The notes below the pieces were generated by a model that saw only the letters and a program-made list of their open reading frames with translations, searched no databases and had not been told where the DNA came from. Positions 39,521 through 53,584 of a stretch of DNA of 64,000 bases are shown in pieces. Positions within the stretch are counted from its first letter, which is position 1, and each line of letters opens with the position of its first letter. The DNA is taken from the NCBI RefSeq assembly GCF_006345805.1, contig NC_042998.1:133052001-133116000 (forward strand), given 5' to 3'. The translations under genes and the position numbers were made by a program. The stretch comes from Octopus sinensis. Its lineage: Eukaryota.

Positions 39521-39832
39521 GGCAACTAATAACTTAATACGAGAATGATTACATCACACTTCTAGGCAATTGCTTTACGGGAGTCTGAATATTTCATGCC
39601 TCTAGCCAATAACTTAACATGAGCATGAATACTTCACGCTTCAAGCAAATAACTTAACAAAAGAATAATGATTTCAGGCAACTAGCTAATAAACCAACAA
39701 GAAAATAGCTATTTACCACCTCTAGCGAATAACTTAAGAAGAGAATGATTACTCCATACCGCTAGAGAATAATATAGCGAAAGAATGATTGTATCACAAT
39801 CCTAGCCTATAACTTAACGAGAGAATGATTGA
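39521..39832 (+). repeat. Diverged 40-bp minisatellite, about 8 units
   Basis: Unit approximately TCTAGCCAATAACTTAACGAGAGAATGATTACTTCACGCN, recurring at 39561, 39601, 39641, 39681, 39721, 39761 and 39801. Confidence 0.85.
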
Positions 39833-40025
39833 TTACGCCATGACGCTTGCAAAAATGTGGCTTATCGTGAGGCAACGAGCGAACCTCAGACGATCCGCTC
39901 GAAATAACAGTCAAGGGCTTCTCAAATCACATTCCTACAGTCTGAAATAAAAAGACACATTAGTTTCAAATACCCCTATAAGTGTGGAACGGTTTTATTT
40001 ATAGGTGATAATTAATCAGGACTTT

Positions 40026-40260
40026 GGAGGCGGGTGGTTTACTGGTTAGGGTGCTGGGCTCATGATCGTAAGATTGTGGTCTCGATCCCTGTTTTTGAGT
40101 GAAACTCTTCATTTCACGTTGTTCCAGTCCACTCAGCTGATAAAAATGAGAAATTCTGCGACAGACCGGCTGCCTGTCTAGGTGGGGAATTTATATGCCA
40201 TAGAAACCTGAAAACTGGCCCTTAGGAGACGGCATGATTCGAGAAGGTAACTTTACTAAT
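40026..40260 (+). mobile_element. tRNA-derived SINE, family D
   Basis: tRNA-like head plus CCAGTCCACTCAGCTG..AAAAATGAG core shared with 52563-52835. Confidence 0.65.
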
Positions 40261-40935
40261 CAGGATTGATCTGAAGCTAAACAATAACAGCAACAACAAC
40301 AACCTGGCTTGTTGAAATAAATAACGTCAAAGTGTTATCATATAACAGTGATACATAACAGAAAAAGTATAGCGCCGGGGAAAATGGTGTAGGATAGTAA
40401 GTTTTGTCTCTGTACATTCTAAGTTCAAATTTTGCTGAGATTAACTTTATATTCCATTTCCCCGGATTTCATGAAATATGTATCAGGTGAAATGCTGAAG
40501 TCATTTTAGCCGATTGTACAATTACAATGTTTAAACTTATTAAAATTATTATAAACGGATCATGTGTGACACATTGGTAGACAAAGCACGTTACTTTGGT
40601 TCATTTGCGTCCAATCTTTTCGAATTCGACGATGTCCTCTGGTCTTCCTTTAGCCTTCAGACCACACCGTGAGGTTTGATGTGGAGATTATCTAGCTGCT
40701 ATTTCTACCAGTTCGAGAAGCTACATGGAGAGTTCCTTCGCAGCTTGAGAGAACGATCAGTTCTGCCCTACTGTGAAGCAGGACTTTTGTGGAAGCCAGC
40801 GAACTGGTAATTTCCACCATTCATACAAAATGGCTTATTAATATTACTATGTATTTTAGTGGTTCTCACTTTATTTTTTCAATTTGTGACACTGAAAAAC
40901 AAATAATGATATATACCTTGCTTTACTAATTATAT

Positions 40936-41166
40936 ATTTCTTTACTACCCACAAGGGGCTAAACACAGAGGGGACAAACAAGGACAGACAAACGGATTAA
41001 GTCGATTACATTGACCCCAGTGCGTAACTGGTACTTAATTTCTCGACCTCGAAAGGATGAACGGCAAAGTCGACCTCGGCGGAATTTGAACTCACAACGT
41101 AACGGCAGACGAAATACGGCTATGCATTTCGCCCGGCGTCCTAACGTTTCTGTCAGCTCGCCGCCT
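40936..41166 (-). mobile_element. SINE family A (minus), head-to-head with a degenerate plus copy at about 41197-41410
   Basis: Reverse complement of 4289-4520; imperfect TSD GCTTTACTAATTATAT / GCTTTATCAATTATAT. Confidence 0.85.
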
Positions 41167-41721
41167 TCTTGCTTTATCAATTATATCTCTATATGATGGC
41201 GAGATGGCAGAATCGTTTACGGCTCCGATAAAATACTTAAAGACATTTCTTCCGGCTCCTTACGTTCTGTCTTTAAATGCCGCCGAAATCGATTTTGCTT
41301 TTCATCATTTCGACGTTAGTAAAATAAATACCAGTTGAGCAATTGGGTCGATGTAATCGTCTTATTCCCCTCCACTAAAACCGTAAACCTTGTGACAAAA
41401 TTTAAAGCCATTAATTATATCTGTATGCAACGAAATTATGAATAACATGTTTTCAAAGATATTCAGGCATTTGTATGAATTTTCAAACAATTTAAATTAC
41501 ATTCTTTAAAATTTGTAGCGCAACTAGACGCCGCATGTGGTGCACCGCTTGAGATCCGTTGGTGTATATACAATGCATTGCTTGCTTTTCAATGTTTTTG
41601 ACAAACAACCAAATAAGGATATTAATGGTGAAATATAAAACAGATTTATTTCTAGAGTGATGAATTTAACACATCTTTCATTCAAGTATTTACATTACCG
41701 ATTAATTGAATCGAATTTTAC

Positions 41722-41778
<57 letters not shown>

Positions 41779-44234
41779 CCAACAGCTGCATGAATGATTA
41801 AACTATGAAGCTTGTCTGAATTTCTTAGCTGCGATCATTGAAAATGTTTCAACACTATTAATCTTTTCTTTCCTATTTATTTTATAATTACTTTTAAAAA
41901 CTCATTTTGCATTTGTGTGTCCTTTTATTATCTTTATATATTTTCCTTATTTGGATTGAACCGACACAATGTAATGTGGCCATTCTGACTATAAATACTG
42001 AAGAAAGCGTCTCAGGGTGCTTGTTTGGTCAACTAGAAATGATAGCCAAATCATTTTAATTTCACATTCTGTTATCATTTTATAAAAAGAATCATTAAAT
42101 AATGTAGTCCTTGCGTCTTAAGAAATAAAAAAAAAAATCGGAAAACGAAATATTTGCAGTGGGAGCACAATCAATTTGTCTGCATGAAACGGATAATTAG
42201 GCTTGCAACATAGGAAATTATTATTTCGAGGTACTCCGTCAAAATGTTCTACATGCAAACCCAATCGCTGTAAATATCCATATCCTGGAAGAGAGCAACT
42301 GAAAGTAAAAGGAAATTAGAGTGATCGAATGTAAGCCGTCCTTGGATTTTTAAAACACAAAACACACCCATATACACGCGTGAATTGTAAAAGTACTATG
42401 TTCTGGAAATTTTTAAACTCTTAATTAAGAATAGCAAATACATTTGTATATGTACAAAGAACACATATACATACAGACACATTTATATGTGCATTTCAAT
42501 CTGCTGAATTTGTGATGCAGCAAATTCCACTCCTACTTGTAGTTTTAAACTTATTTGGCCAACAGCCTGTAGAGGGATGGAACTCAGAAAGCTGATTTGT
42601 ATATAATATACTAGGCTAAGCTTTCGGTAGGAAACAATTTTATCATTGGCACCAGCAACATCTTTACATTTTCGGACAATTGCTTAGTCTGGCATTTTGA
42701 AGAAAGTGTTGTTATCACACTTGTATATTATTTATTAATACAAAGAGAGAAAGGATGTGTGGATTTTCCTTTGAGTTGAGAGCTGTGTTTAGCTTCTCTC
42801 AACTGAGTTATTAAGAAACGTAGTTCATCAAAGCTCTGGATAACATACTCACGCTGTTATTTAGAAAAAATTTAAAACATTTTAAAGAAAATTGATGCAC
42901 AATAATAAACGAAACAGTTGGAGCTGTAATGAATATTTTGTCTTCGATTGAATATTTTATTACCAACTTCGAAACAATGGCGGTATTTCAATTGAGTACC
43001 ATAAGGTAACGGCATAATTTTTTCAGTAGAGAATAATGAAATATATTTATGGTTATGCTTTACCTTGGGCCCTAAACTAGAGGTCATAGGGTGCAGTTAT
43101 AGCATATAGCGTGTTTTAGGGTTTTGTTTAAACCTGATAGAGCATATCCTTCCCCAAATCACAGCACAAGCGATTATTTTCGAGGGAGAACGGGGTGGTG
43201 AAACGGTCCCATTAAAGAGTGGTACTTTATTTATCGAATTCGAAAAGAGAGAAAGCAAAGATGACCTTGGTGTTCATAAAATCCGGATGCAGAGAGCTGA
43301 AACGAATACTGCAGCAATCTCTCTATCTAACCCTCTAATGAATGCCAGTTCGCGGCGTATTTACTGTAATTTATTTTGTATGTATCTCCTAACATCACCC
43401 TTTTTTTTACCAGTTTTATAGAATAATCTTTTTTTGCAGGGTAGAAGTAATTATTTACTGTTGAACGTGACAAATAATGTGAAAGTTCGAATCCAGTTTT
43501 TTCTTTTTTTTAGCATCTGTGTTAATCTTCAATGTACAGTATAGAGTGATGTTTCGAATCTCGTTAAAGTTAAGTATTCTTTCACTACTGTTGATATTTA
43601 AATGTTTTTTCCATCATCTTGAAGTCACATCAGTACAACTGAAAGACAGTTAATGACTTGAACTGAACATATAGTTTTTAAGAGCTATGTATAAACAGAG
43701 ATGCATAGGGAAATTGAAATAAGATTCCCGTGCGTTATTAATGCATCAAGTTTGTATATAAGTGATATACCGATGAGTTATGAAGATATTAAAAGAAGCG
43801 TCTGACTCAAAAGCGCCTTTCGATGATGGAATCTGGAAGCGTGGTAGAATAATCCTACTGTACAACAGTTGTTAGTTTCATCTATTCCAATCAAAAGCTA
43901 ATTACTTTGAATGGAGTTACCTGGTTAGAAAAATAAAACATTTACATGTTACAGCTAGATTTTTAGCATTTACTTGGGAAACGGGGCAGCTTCTATTCAA
44001 GAAATGAAGGACAGTAAAGCACTCTAGCAGCACCGTGTCTTCTTACCTAAATTTTATTGTCATAAAGGATTGATTTTGAAATTACAATGCGAGATACAAT
44101 CAAGTATCTAGTCTAATTAGATCTTACGGGTACTATGACAATAAGGGGATTAGCATAGTTTCAGAGTCACTCTCTTGATGAATAATAAGACTATTCCTCT
44201 TACTCAACAATAATTAATAATATCACAAACACTA

Positions 44235-44979
44235 GGAGTCTTTACCTTTTGATCAATAGATTTAAAAAATAACGTTTTGTAACAAAACACTTTCAAACTT
44301 CGGACACTGGTAGAATGTGTCATATAAAACATCTTTTACTCTTAGCATTTTTGAGAAAAAACTTATATTTACGAAGCTATTTCACGTTAAAGAATGACGT
44401 GTATTCAGCTGAATAAAATTACTGCTGTTGTTTGTCAACAAGAATTTCCGGCGGTGTATATTTCGTTTGTCACTGTTATTTATGACAACCCTAACACTAA
44501 AACCCTAACCCTAACCCTAACCCTAAAACACTAACTCTAAAACCTTCGCCCTAAACCTAAACCTAACCCTAAAACCATAACCCTAGCCCTAAATCCCTAA
44601 CCATAACCCTAAAACCCTAACCCTAACCCTAATCCTAAAACCCTAAAACCCTAACCCTAACACTAAAATCTTAAAGCTAAAACCAGTACAAACGCACGAA
44701 CGATGTCATAAATAACAGTGACAAACGAAAAATACACCGCCGATAATTGTTGTTGACAAACAACGGCAGTAATTTTATTCAGCTGAATACACGTCATTGA
44801 TTGGTTGAAATTACCGAAATACGACTACTTTAATGTGAAATAACTTCGTAAATATAAGTTTTTCTCAAAAATGCTAAGAAATGTTTTATATGATACATTC
44901 TACCAGTGTCCGAAGTTTGAAAGTGCTTTGTGACAAAAAAAATATTTTTTTTAATCTGTATGTCAAAAGGTAATGATCC
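44235..44979. mobile_element. Long-TIR non-autonomous DNA element with internal telomere-like array
   Basis: 44235-44487 is the reverse complement of 44704-44979 (about 30-bp insertion in the right arm); GG...CC termini; degenerate (CCCTAA)n at 44488-44680. Confidence 0.85.
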
Positions 44980-46701
44980 AACACATGTAACAACAATAAC
45001 AACTACAACTATTATTAAAATATGCAAAGGGGGATTCTCTATGCGACAACTTGTAATATAAATTACCTACAAATGTTCTTGAAATCACATTACTGCCTTA
45101 AGTGAAGAACAAACATATTTGGTAATGAAGTCTTTAATACTGTGAAAATGATGGTTGGTCATGCCTGGAATATTTATGGTATTTTTCTGATCGATGAGAG
45201 TAATGAATGTCGAAACAAAACAACTACTGCAACAGCAACAACAACAATAGCTACAGCAACAAACATGACAATGGATTATTGCTAAGAATTAGCATTATTA
45301 TAATACTGTAACAAAATATATTTTGCATCGTTTTAACTTGGTTTGAGATTATAATTATTTATTATTTTATTTCGATTTGTTCCACTGTGCAACTACCTGA
45401 GAAAATATCTTCTACTATAACCCTGGACCAGCAAGTGTCTTGCGAGTGAGTTTGGAAGGAGGAAAATATGTAAAAAGCTGTCGGAATCGCAAACATATAT
45501 AGTCACAACTTAAAATATATATACATATTTTGAATCTACTGATAAACTATCCAGTCGTATATTTTTCTGTTACTTTTCCATAGATATTTATTTCGTTTAA
45601 TTTATTTAAAGAAATACATTTTTTATCTACATATTTAAAGAAGCAATTAGCTTTATTATAATTGGTATAGGCAACAAAATTTAGCTTATTCAGACACATA
45701 ACTATTAATTTAAATTTATTTTTTAAACAGTTAATAAATTACATAATTATACAATTATACAAGGAAAAATCAAAAGACCATTAGCAATGTAAATCAGATG
45801 AATGGCTAAGGATTGAAACTGAGTCACCACAAATGAATGGCACACAGTGGCACTACAAAGTAATTTTAAAATAACTTCTGAGATTACAGTTGAATAGCAG
45901 AATTTAACTACGTCACGGCTACAAGAAGCAGAGTATTTAGCCTAGTGGGAAAAACATTTAAAAGACTCATCAATGTTGTTGAGAAAACAAATATAAAGTA
46001 AAGACATATACAAATATAGAAAAAAAAAGATGTAAATCGTAAAGTAATGATCCAAATTCATTTAAAATGGTTGTATGTGATGAGCAATTAGATATATTGT
46101 GTTGATATCGTGGAAATAAATGATGAGGGATGCAGATGGATATTTATTTCTACGAGGTAATTGAAAAATACATGGATAGTTACAAATGTAAAAAATAAAA
46201 TAATAGATAGTTATTTACCTATATATTTAGGTACACTGACAGATGAATTTACATATATAAATGGGAGGATGATTTGATTAGAGTACAAGAAACCGAGGGA
46301 GATATTTTCTCCCTCCATTAAAGCATGAAAATTGACCTAAAAAAAACTGGCCAATGGCAAGATGTTTGCAAACATCATAGACATATCAGTATACACACAC
46401 ACACACATATATATATATAAATAAATATATATATATATATATATATATTGTGGTACAGAAATTAGTAATTTAACGATAATGATGACATTATATGCATATT
46501 AGAGTAAAATGCTTGTGTGTGAGTGGGGAGGAATCAATCAATGAACTGAACCATCATTTGCCAAAAATTTTGAAAAAAATAGCTTCTTTGTATTTCTCGA
46601 TATCAACAGCCATGAATACATTAAAGTATGTGTAAGGTATAGATATACTTCTATGTCTGTGTGTAACATATGCATGCGCGCGCACACACACACACACACA
46701 C

Positions 46702-46738
<37 letters not shown>

Positions 46739-46759
46739 GAGATAGAGAGATGCATATGC

Positions 46760-46819
<60 letters not shown>

Positions 46820-46967
46820 GTGTGTGTGTGCGTGTGCGTATATGAGAATGTTTAGGAGAACAAGTTCTAGCAGACATACACAAAAATAGTACAAGAAATA
46901 TTTCAGTAATTTTAGTCATTCAAGTTAAGATTTCTATTTCAGAATGATAAATATTCCATATACACAC

Positions 46968-47039
<72 letters not shown>

Positions 47040-47336
47040 GCACATACACATTGATGCCCGTTTTTATGTTCAATTGTTATAAAAACAATTTTACTGATGG
47101 GTTACTCTATACTTTTGTAGAGTATAGATTTATTATTCTTAAACAAGAATATTATACGCGATGACTCAGTCTCAATATTCTTGTTTAAGAATAACACACA
47201 CACACATGCATAATGCATAAATGCATACATACATACACACACACATATATTATATATACATATATTTCCATATATATATTTATATATTTACACACATACA
47301 CACTCACACGCACACACACACGCACACACACACATA

Positions 47337-47456
<120 letters not shown>

Positions 47457-48466
47457 ACAAGCTTAATTACCCTCTCGTTGCTCGGAAGTTTAAAGAATGT
47501 TAAAGGAAAGAAATATATATATTCTGAGAAAAAAGATATTTTCAGAAAAATTATGTCAGATGACGTGAGTATAAACAATGTTATTAAAGCAAATCCTGAA
47601 ATCAGTCACTGTTTAATTTTGGAGAATTTCTAAATATACAATGTTTTTAGTGTTTAATTGGTATACAAAGAAAAAGAGCTTTGGGACTTCCAACTCGCGA
47701 ACATCCTACATACAATTGCCTAAGAGAAGCAAGAAGAAGCACGGTTAAGTCCAATAATGTTGCGAGATTGTGCTTGAGATTTGTTTATGGACATAGCAAA
47801 ACTTAGTTTTGACTGGGAACTGGAGCCATTTAAATTCATATGGGAGGTCAGATGGGATTAATGGTTTCTGTGGAATGAAGTCATCGTCACCCTTATATTT
47901 CCCGAGAGAAATAAGGACTAAACTTATTGTTTCATCATCACAATTAAAAAGCGTTTCAGAATCGTTTACCTTTAAAGCGGAAAAACAAAACTGACCTAAT
48001 TTCTAAACAGCCAAATTGGATACAGATTGATCCAGCGATTTGGCCGTGCATAGAGGAAACACTCACTCACACACACACATACACGCGCGCGCGCGCACGC
48101 GCACAGTAAGAATGAAATTGAGACTATAGTGTTATGAAAAGTGCTGAAAAAACAAAACAAAACAAAAAAACGGACGGGCCGTACAAGCAATTATTTGAAT
48201 AACTCCTGTCGATATCTCTAACTTATGTCACGGGAATATTGAACTTTAATATTTATAAAGTTTATCAGCGATCTTTCCTTTTAACTCCAAGGCGTGTGCA
48301 TGCAGGTCAGCTGTTACCTTACGACGTTCGGTAAATTCCGTAAAAATATTTCATTTATATATTTTTGTGAGTGGAAATGTACATTTTGTTGGAAGTCAGC
48401 ATAATGTGGAAGAGAGACGAAATGAACATGGACGTATGCATGTGTTGATAGTGTGCGCGAGACAGA

Positions 48467-48509
<43 letters not shown>

Positions 48510-48539
48510 TGTGTGTGTGTGAAAGAGAGAGAGAGAGAC

Positions 48540-49228
48540 ATCGTACTACATTTTTTATCTATTTTTTTCTCGCATCTTATTTCAGTGAATGCGTGATTGA
48601 TTGATTGAGATAGATAGAGAGAATGAGGAAAAGAGAGAGAGAGAGGGGGAGGAAAAGAGAGAGTGAGGGGGAGGAAAAGAGAGAGAGAGAGAGGAAAAGA
48701 GAGAGAGAAAGTGAAAACGTACATCTTTATTTTTTCTCGCATCTTTTTTTTAGTGAATGTGTGAGTGATTGACTGAGAGAGAGAGAGAGAGAAGGTGTGT
48801 GTTGCTCTCTCTGTGTGTGACAGAGAGAGAGAGAGAGTGTGAGAGTGATAGCGTAAATTTTACTTAGCTACTTATACATACATGCAAAAACTAGACTGTC
48901 ATGAGAAAACATACCTCCATTCACATGCACGCATAAAAAAAGCATGTATGCATATATATTTATGTTTGTATGTGTATATGATAGAGAATGGATGTACGTA
49001 TGTGTTTGTTGCGTGACTGACCCTAGCCATTTTACACATACTTGACAATACTTCTCGCTCTCTCTCTCCCCTCCTCTCCCTTTCTCAGTGAATCACTCAC
49101 ACAGTCGCTAAAAAGATACGAGAAAAACTAAATATAGAAAACTTACAGAGTCTCCCTCTCTATCTCTCTCTTTCTCTCTCTCACTCACACAGAGCAAGCC
49201 ATCTCTCTCTCTCTCTCTCACAGAGCAA

Positions 49229-49268
<40 letters not shown>

Positions 49269-49380
49269 AACATACTCCTCTCTCTCTCTCTCTCTCACAC
49301 ATACAGAGCGAGACATCTCTCTCTCTCCCTCAGTCAAACACACTCTAAAAAGATGCAAGAAAAAGTAGATACAGTTTACG
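48540..49380. repeat. Foldback-like region with a motif repeated twice in each orientation
   Basis: TTTTTCTCGCATCTT..TAGTGAATG..TGA..GATTGA.TGAGA near 48560 and 48730; inverted copies near 49085 and 49330; interspersed (GA)n and (CT)n. Confidence 0.5.
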
Positions 49381-50079
49381 CCCTCTCACTCCCCCCTTTC
49401 TCTCTCTCTCTCTCTCATACACAGATACACACATACTTTCTCTAACAATAAAAGTGAAACTATAGCGTTATGAAAAGTGAAACTATTATACTGCTGAAAA
49501 AAAATCGGAAGAGACTTATAGGGGTAGGAGTTACAGCCGCTTACATGGGCAAGGGCCAAAACCTTCATACCAAATTTGGTATTATACCGATGAAAAAAAA
49601 AAAAAATCGGAAGGGTAAAACAAAGCTGTTTCATTCCACACGGATTGAAATATAGGAAAAACAGAAGTTGAAAATCCACCGAAGTTTTTACCGGTTTCAC
49701 AGTTTATACTGATTTTCAAAAACTTCAAATAGAAAGATGCAGCTTATGTCGCAGCTGTCTTGATTCTGATTTGTGTTTGATATTTTCCCTAATTTTATAG
49801 GGAGTTCATGGCTCAGCTTAATATACGTTTTGAACAGGATTTGATTGAAAGAATAATTTGATTGAAAGGATAATCACATAACTGGTCTTAGAAACTTTTC
49901 TAGGTTCCCCGCTACGTCCGTGCGTTAGTATCAAGTGACAATGTTTGGCGTCATAAGTTAAGGCTGACACAGTTGACTGAACAAGTCCAAACAATCAATG
50001 CTCTGAATGTTTTCTATCAAGTGTATGTAGAGAATGAACACGTGATTAAGTTTATAACCTTTTGTTTGTTTTCTGCCTC

Positions 50080-50366
50080 AACTGGTACTTATTTCTCGAC
50101 CCAGAAAGGGGAATTCGACCTCGGTGGAATTTGAACTCAGAACGTAAGGACAGACGAAATACCAATTTCTTTACTACCCACAAGGGGTTAAACAGAGGGG
50201 ACAGACAAACGGATTAAGTCGATTACATCGACCACAGTGCGTAACTGGTACTTAATTTATCGACCACGAAAGGATGGAAGGCAATGTCGATCTGGCGGAA
50301 TTTGAACTCAGAACGTAACGGCATACGAAACACCGCCAAGCATTTTGCCCGGCGTGCTAACGATTA
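50080..50366 (-). mobile_element. Two nested or partial SINE family A copies
   Basis: GGAATTTGAACTCAGAACGTAA occurs twice; head TTGCCCGGCGTGCTAACG. Confidence 0.8.
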
Positions 50367-50727
50367 TGTAGGAGTTTACGTCAAAAATTGGAAGAAATTA
50401 TGATAGTTTCTATTTTAGACACAATGCCAGCAATTTTGATGTTGGTGAAAGATTAGATATTGTCGATCTCAGTACTTTACTGGTGCTTTATCTTATTGAT
50501 TCCAGAAAAATGAAAGTGAAAGTAAATAAGTAAATTCTGAGCAGTATTTAAACTCAGAATATAAACATCTGCAACAAATTTAGCAATACTGCGAGCCGAT
50601 TTATCCGGTAATGTGGCTGTTCTGCTCACATGTTTTACTATCTCAAGCTCTCTCCCTGTATGTATACGTGCATACACATACACACACACACACAACACAC
50701 ACACACACACACACACACCACACACAC

Positions 50728-50775
<48 letters not shown>

Positions 50776-51053
50776 ATATATACATATACATACATACATA
50801 CATACACGCAAATAAGATATATATATAGAAATATAGTTATATTGAAGGAAGTTAAGGGATAGTGTTGATGGCTAGGGAATGCCTACATAGCAATGTAAGG
50901 GTAAGGGCAGTTGTAATAATGCTGTTAATAATGTTGTTGATGGCGATGTGGATGTAATCAACCGATGCCAGGTAATACATCACTCTCCTCTATCTCTTCC
51001 GTACATTTCTTTTTCTCTCTTTTTCTTTTATGTCTTTCTGTCTTTCTCATTCA

Positions 51054-51101
<48 letters not shown>

Positions 51102-51105
<4 letters not shown>

Positions 51106-51347
51106 ATATATATATATATATATATATATACGCATGTTCGCAGGTGCACACATACGTTTATGTATACTCTTACATAGACACACTCACTTGCTTACGTGCA
51201 TATATTTACAGATACATACATACGAAGTTAGACAAATGTCCAGACATTCATACACATAAGTCATTTTGTGTGTGTCACACACACACATATACATATATAT
51301 ATGTATACCATAATCTTCCTCTCTCACTCTCTCTCTCTCTCTCTCTC

Positions 51348-51386
<39 letters not shown>

Positions 51387-51581
51387 GCATGTTCGCAGGT
51401 GCACACATACGTTTATGTATACTCTTACATAGACACACTCACTTGCTTACGTGCATATATTTACAGATACATACATACGAAGTTAGACAAATGTCCAGAC
51501 ATTCATACACATAAGTCATTTTGTGTGTGTCACACACACACATATACATATATATATGTATACCATAATCTTCCTCTCTCA

Positions 51582-51602
<21 letters not shown>
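51102..51602. repeat. Apparently exact 255-bp tandem duplication bounded by (CT)n(AT)n
   Basis: CGCATGTTCGCAGGTGCAC...TACCATAATCTTCCTCTCTCAC starts at 51131 and 51386. Confidence 0.9.
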
Positions 51603-51648
<46 letters not shown>

Positions 51649-52331
51649 TATATATATGTACATATACGTATGAATGTATGAACGTATGTACGTATACTTC
51701 CCTGCAGATTCATGCATACATAAAAATATGTCTACTTAGATATATGTGTGCATGCTCGCGCGCATGTGTGTGTGTACGCTCGCGCGAGTATGTGTGTGTG
51801 CGTGTGTATGTATGTACGTATACATAAATTATATCTGTTGAGATATTATGTTTATCATAGCAACGCTGTCGTCAGTTGAACCCATCATCCACTTCACAGA
51901 AGCAGCCGACACGTTATGACAGAAGTGTACTTAATGAACCCGCGCTATGATGGCGGCCATATTGTGTATGCTGTGGTAACAAGACGTCTCTGATGTTTTA
52001 TGCTTTGCTTTTCTGAAAACATATATGTCTAGTTTTCTTATTCATATTTTTAGTTTAGTTTATTTTGGTTTTGTGGGCAATCTGCAAAGGAAATGTAAGT
52101 TATTAAGAGTAATAAGAATTTTTGTTTGCTTTTTTTTTGTTAACCTGGCATGAAACCAATTTTTGTTTGCATTAACAGACAGTATTGTTAATTACATCAA
52201 AAGCTAATATATTACTGGTATTAGTGCCTTGCAATAGCAGAAGCGACAGAAGGATGAATGATAAATATTACTATGATTAATGAATTCATAACCTTTTAAA
52301 TTCATGTGCTGTAAGGAGATGTGAGTTAAAT

Positions 52332-52545
52332 GCGGCGAGCTGGCAGAAACGTTAGCACGCCGGGCGAAATACTGTTAAGTATTTCGTCTGTCTTTACGTT
52401 CTGAGTTCAAATTCCGCCGAGGTCGACTTTGCCTTTCAGCTTTTCGGGGTCTATAAATTAAGTACCAAATTGCGTACATGAATCGATCTAGTCGACTGGC
52501 CCCACCCCCAAAATTTCAGGCCTTGTTTCTAGAATAGAAAAGAAG
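52332..52545 (+). mobile_element. SINE family A
   Basis: Head, B box and core as in 10991-11200. Confidence 0.85.
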
Positions 52546-52562
52546 ATGTGACCGTTTCGGAT

Positions 52563-52835
52563 GAAGGCGCCTGGCTTGGTGGTTAGCGTATTCGGCTGAC
52601 GATCGTAAAATCGTAATTTCGATATCTGGCAGCGCGCTGTGTCCACGAACAGGACGCATTATTTCTCCTTGCTCCAGTCCAGTCCACTCAGCTGGCAAAA
52701 ATGAGTAGCACCTGTATTTCAAAGGGCTATCCTTGTTACAATCTGTGTCACGCTGAATCTCCCTAACAACTATGTTAATGGTACGCATGTCTGTGGAGTC
52801 CTCAGCCACTTGCACGTTAATTTCACGAGCAGACA
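52563..52835 (+). mobile_element. SINE family D
   Basis: A box TGGCTTGGTGGTTAG; core CCAGTCCACTCAGCTGGCAAAAATGAGTA. Confidence 0.7.
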
Positions 52836-53236
52836 TTTCTGTTATTTGCATCTAAGTGCCAGTGATTTATTTATTTATACTTTACGAACTTCGCTAACCA
52901 CTTATGCCTTTGTCGATTCAAATCCTCCCACAAATATTTTTTTTCTATTTTTGTTTACTTTTCCATTCAGAAATTTGTTTAGTCGTCTACATTCTGGGTC
53001 AATGTAACTACATATGGATTGATGGAGACTTTTTTCCTCCGTCTTCCTTTTCTCTTGGTATTTCCTCTGTCTCCTGTTTCAGAAAAAGAACTTTGCTCGA
53101 AACGTAAAATACCCTTTCTTTCCCTGAGCGTCTTATAAATACTTTGCATGTACCACGTCTTCACGTTGATGTTCTTTTCCTGAGCCTTTTCTCTGTCGTT
53201 TTTTTTTTTTGGGGGGGGGGGATTATATATATATAT

Positions 53237-53274
<38 letters not shown>

Positions 53275-53275
<1 letters not shown>

Positions 53276-53490
53276 CTTATTCCTTTAACTGTTTCTGTCA
53301 TTTTACTGCGGCCATGCTGGAGCACCGCCTTGAAGGGTTTTAGTCGAACAAATCAACCCCAGGGCTTAATTTTTTAAGGTGTAGTACTTATACAATCAGA
53401 CCCTTTTGCCGAACCGTTAAGTTACGGTGACGTAAATACACCAACACCGGTTGTCAAACGTCAATGGGGGTACTGAGACACAAAGTCACA
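53275..53490 (-). mobile_element. SINE family B 3' half
   Basis: CTGCGGCCATGCTGGAGCACCGCC...TTTTGCCGAACCG. Confidence 0.8.
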
Positions 53491-53522
53491 CACATATATA
53501 TATATATGTATATATATATATA

Positions 53523-53584
<62 letters not shown>

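Noticed and set aside
39521-39832. CRISPR-like periodicity
   Set aside because: Whole units are homologous with no unique spacers; eukaryotic context and no cas genes.
44488-44680. True telomere or chromosome-fusion site
   Set aside because: Short, degenerate, single orientation and enclosed by TIRs.
51030-51827. Longest ORF (265 aa) with an internal repeat
   Set aside because: Produced by microsatellites and the 255-bp tandem duplication; no recognisable domain.
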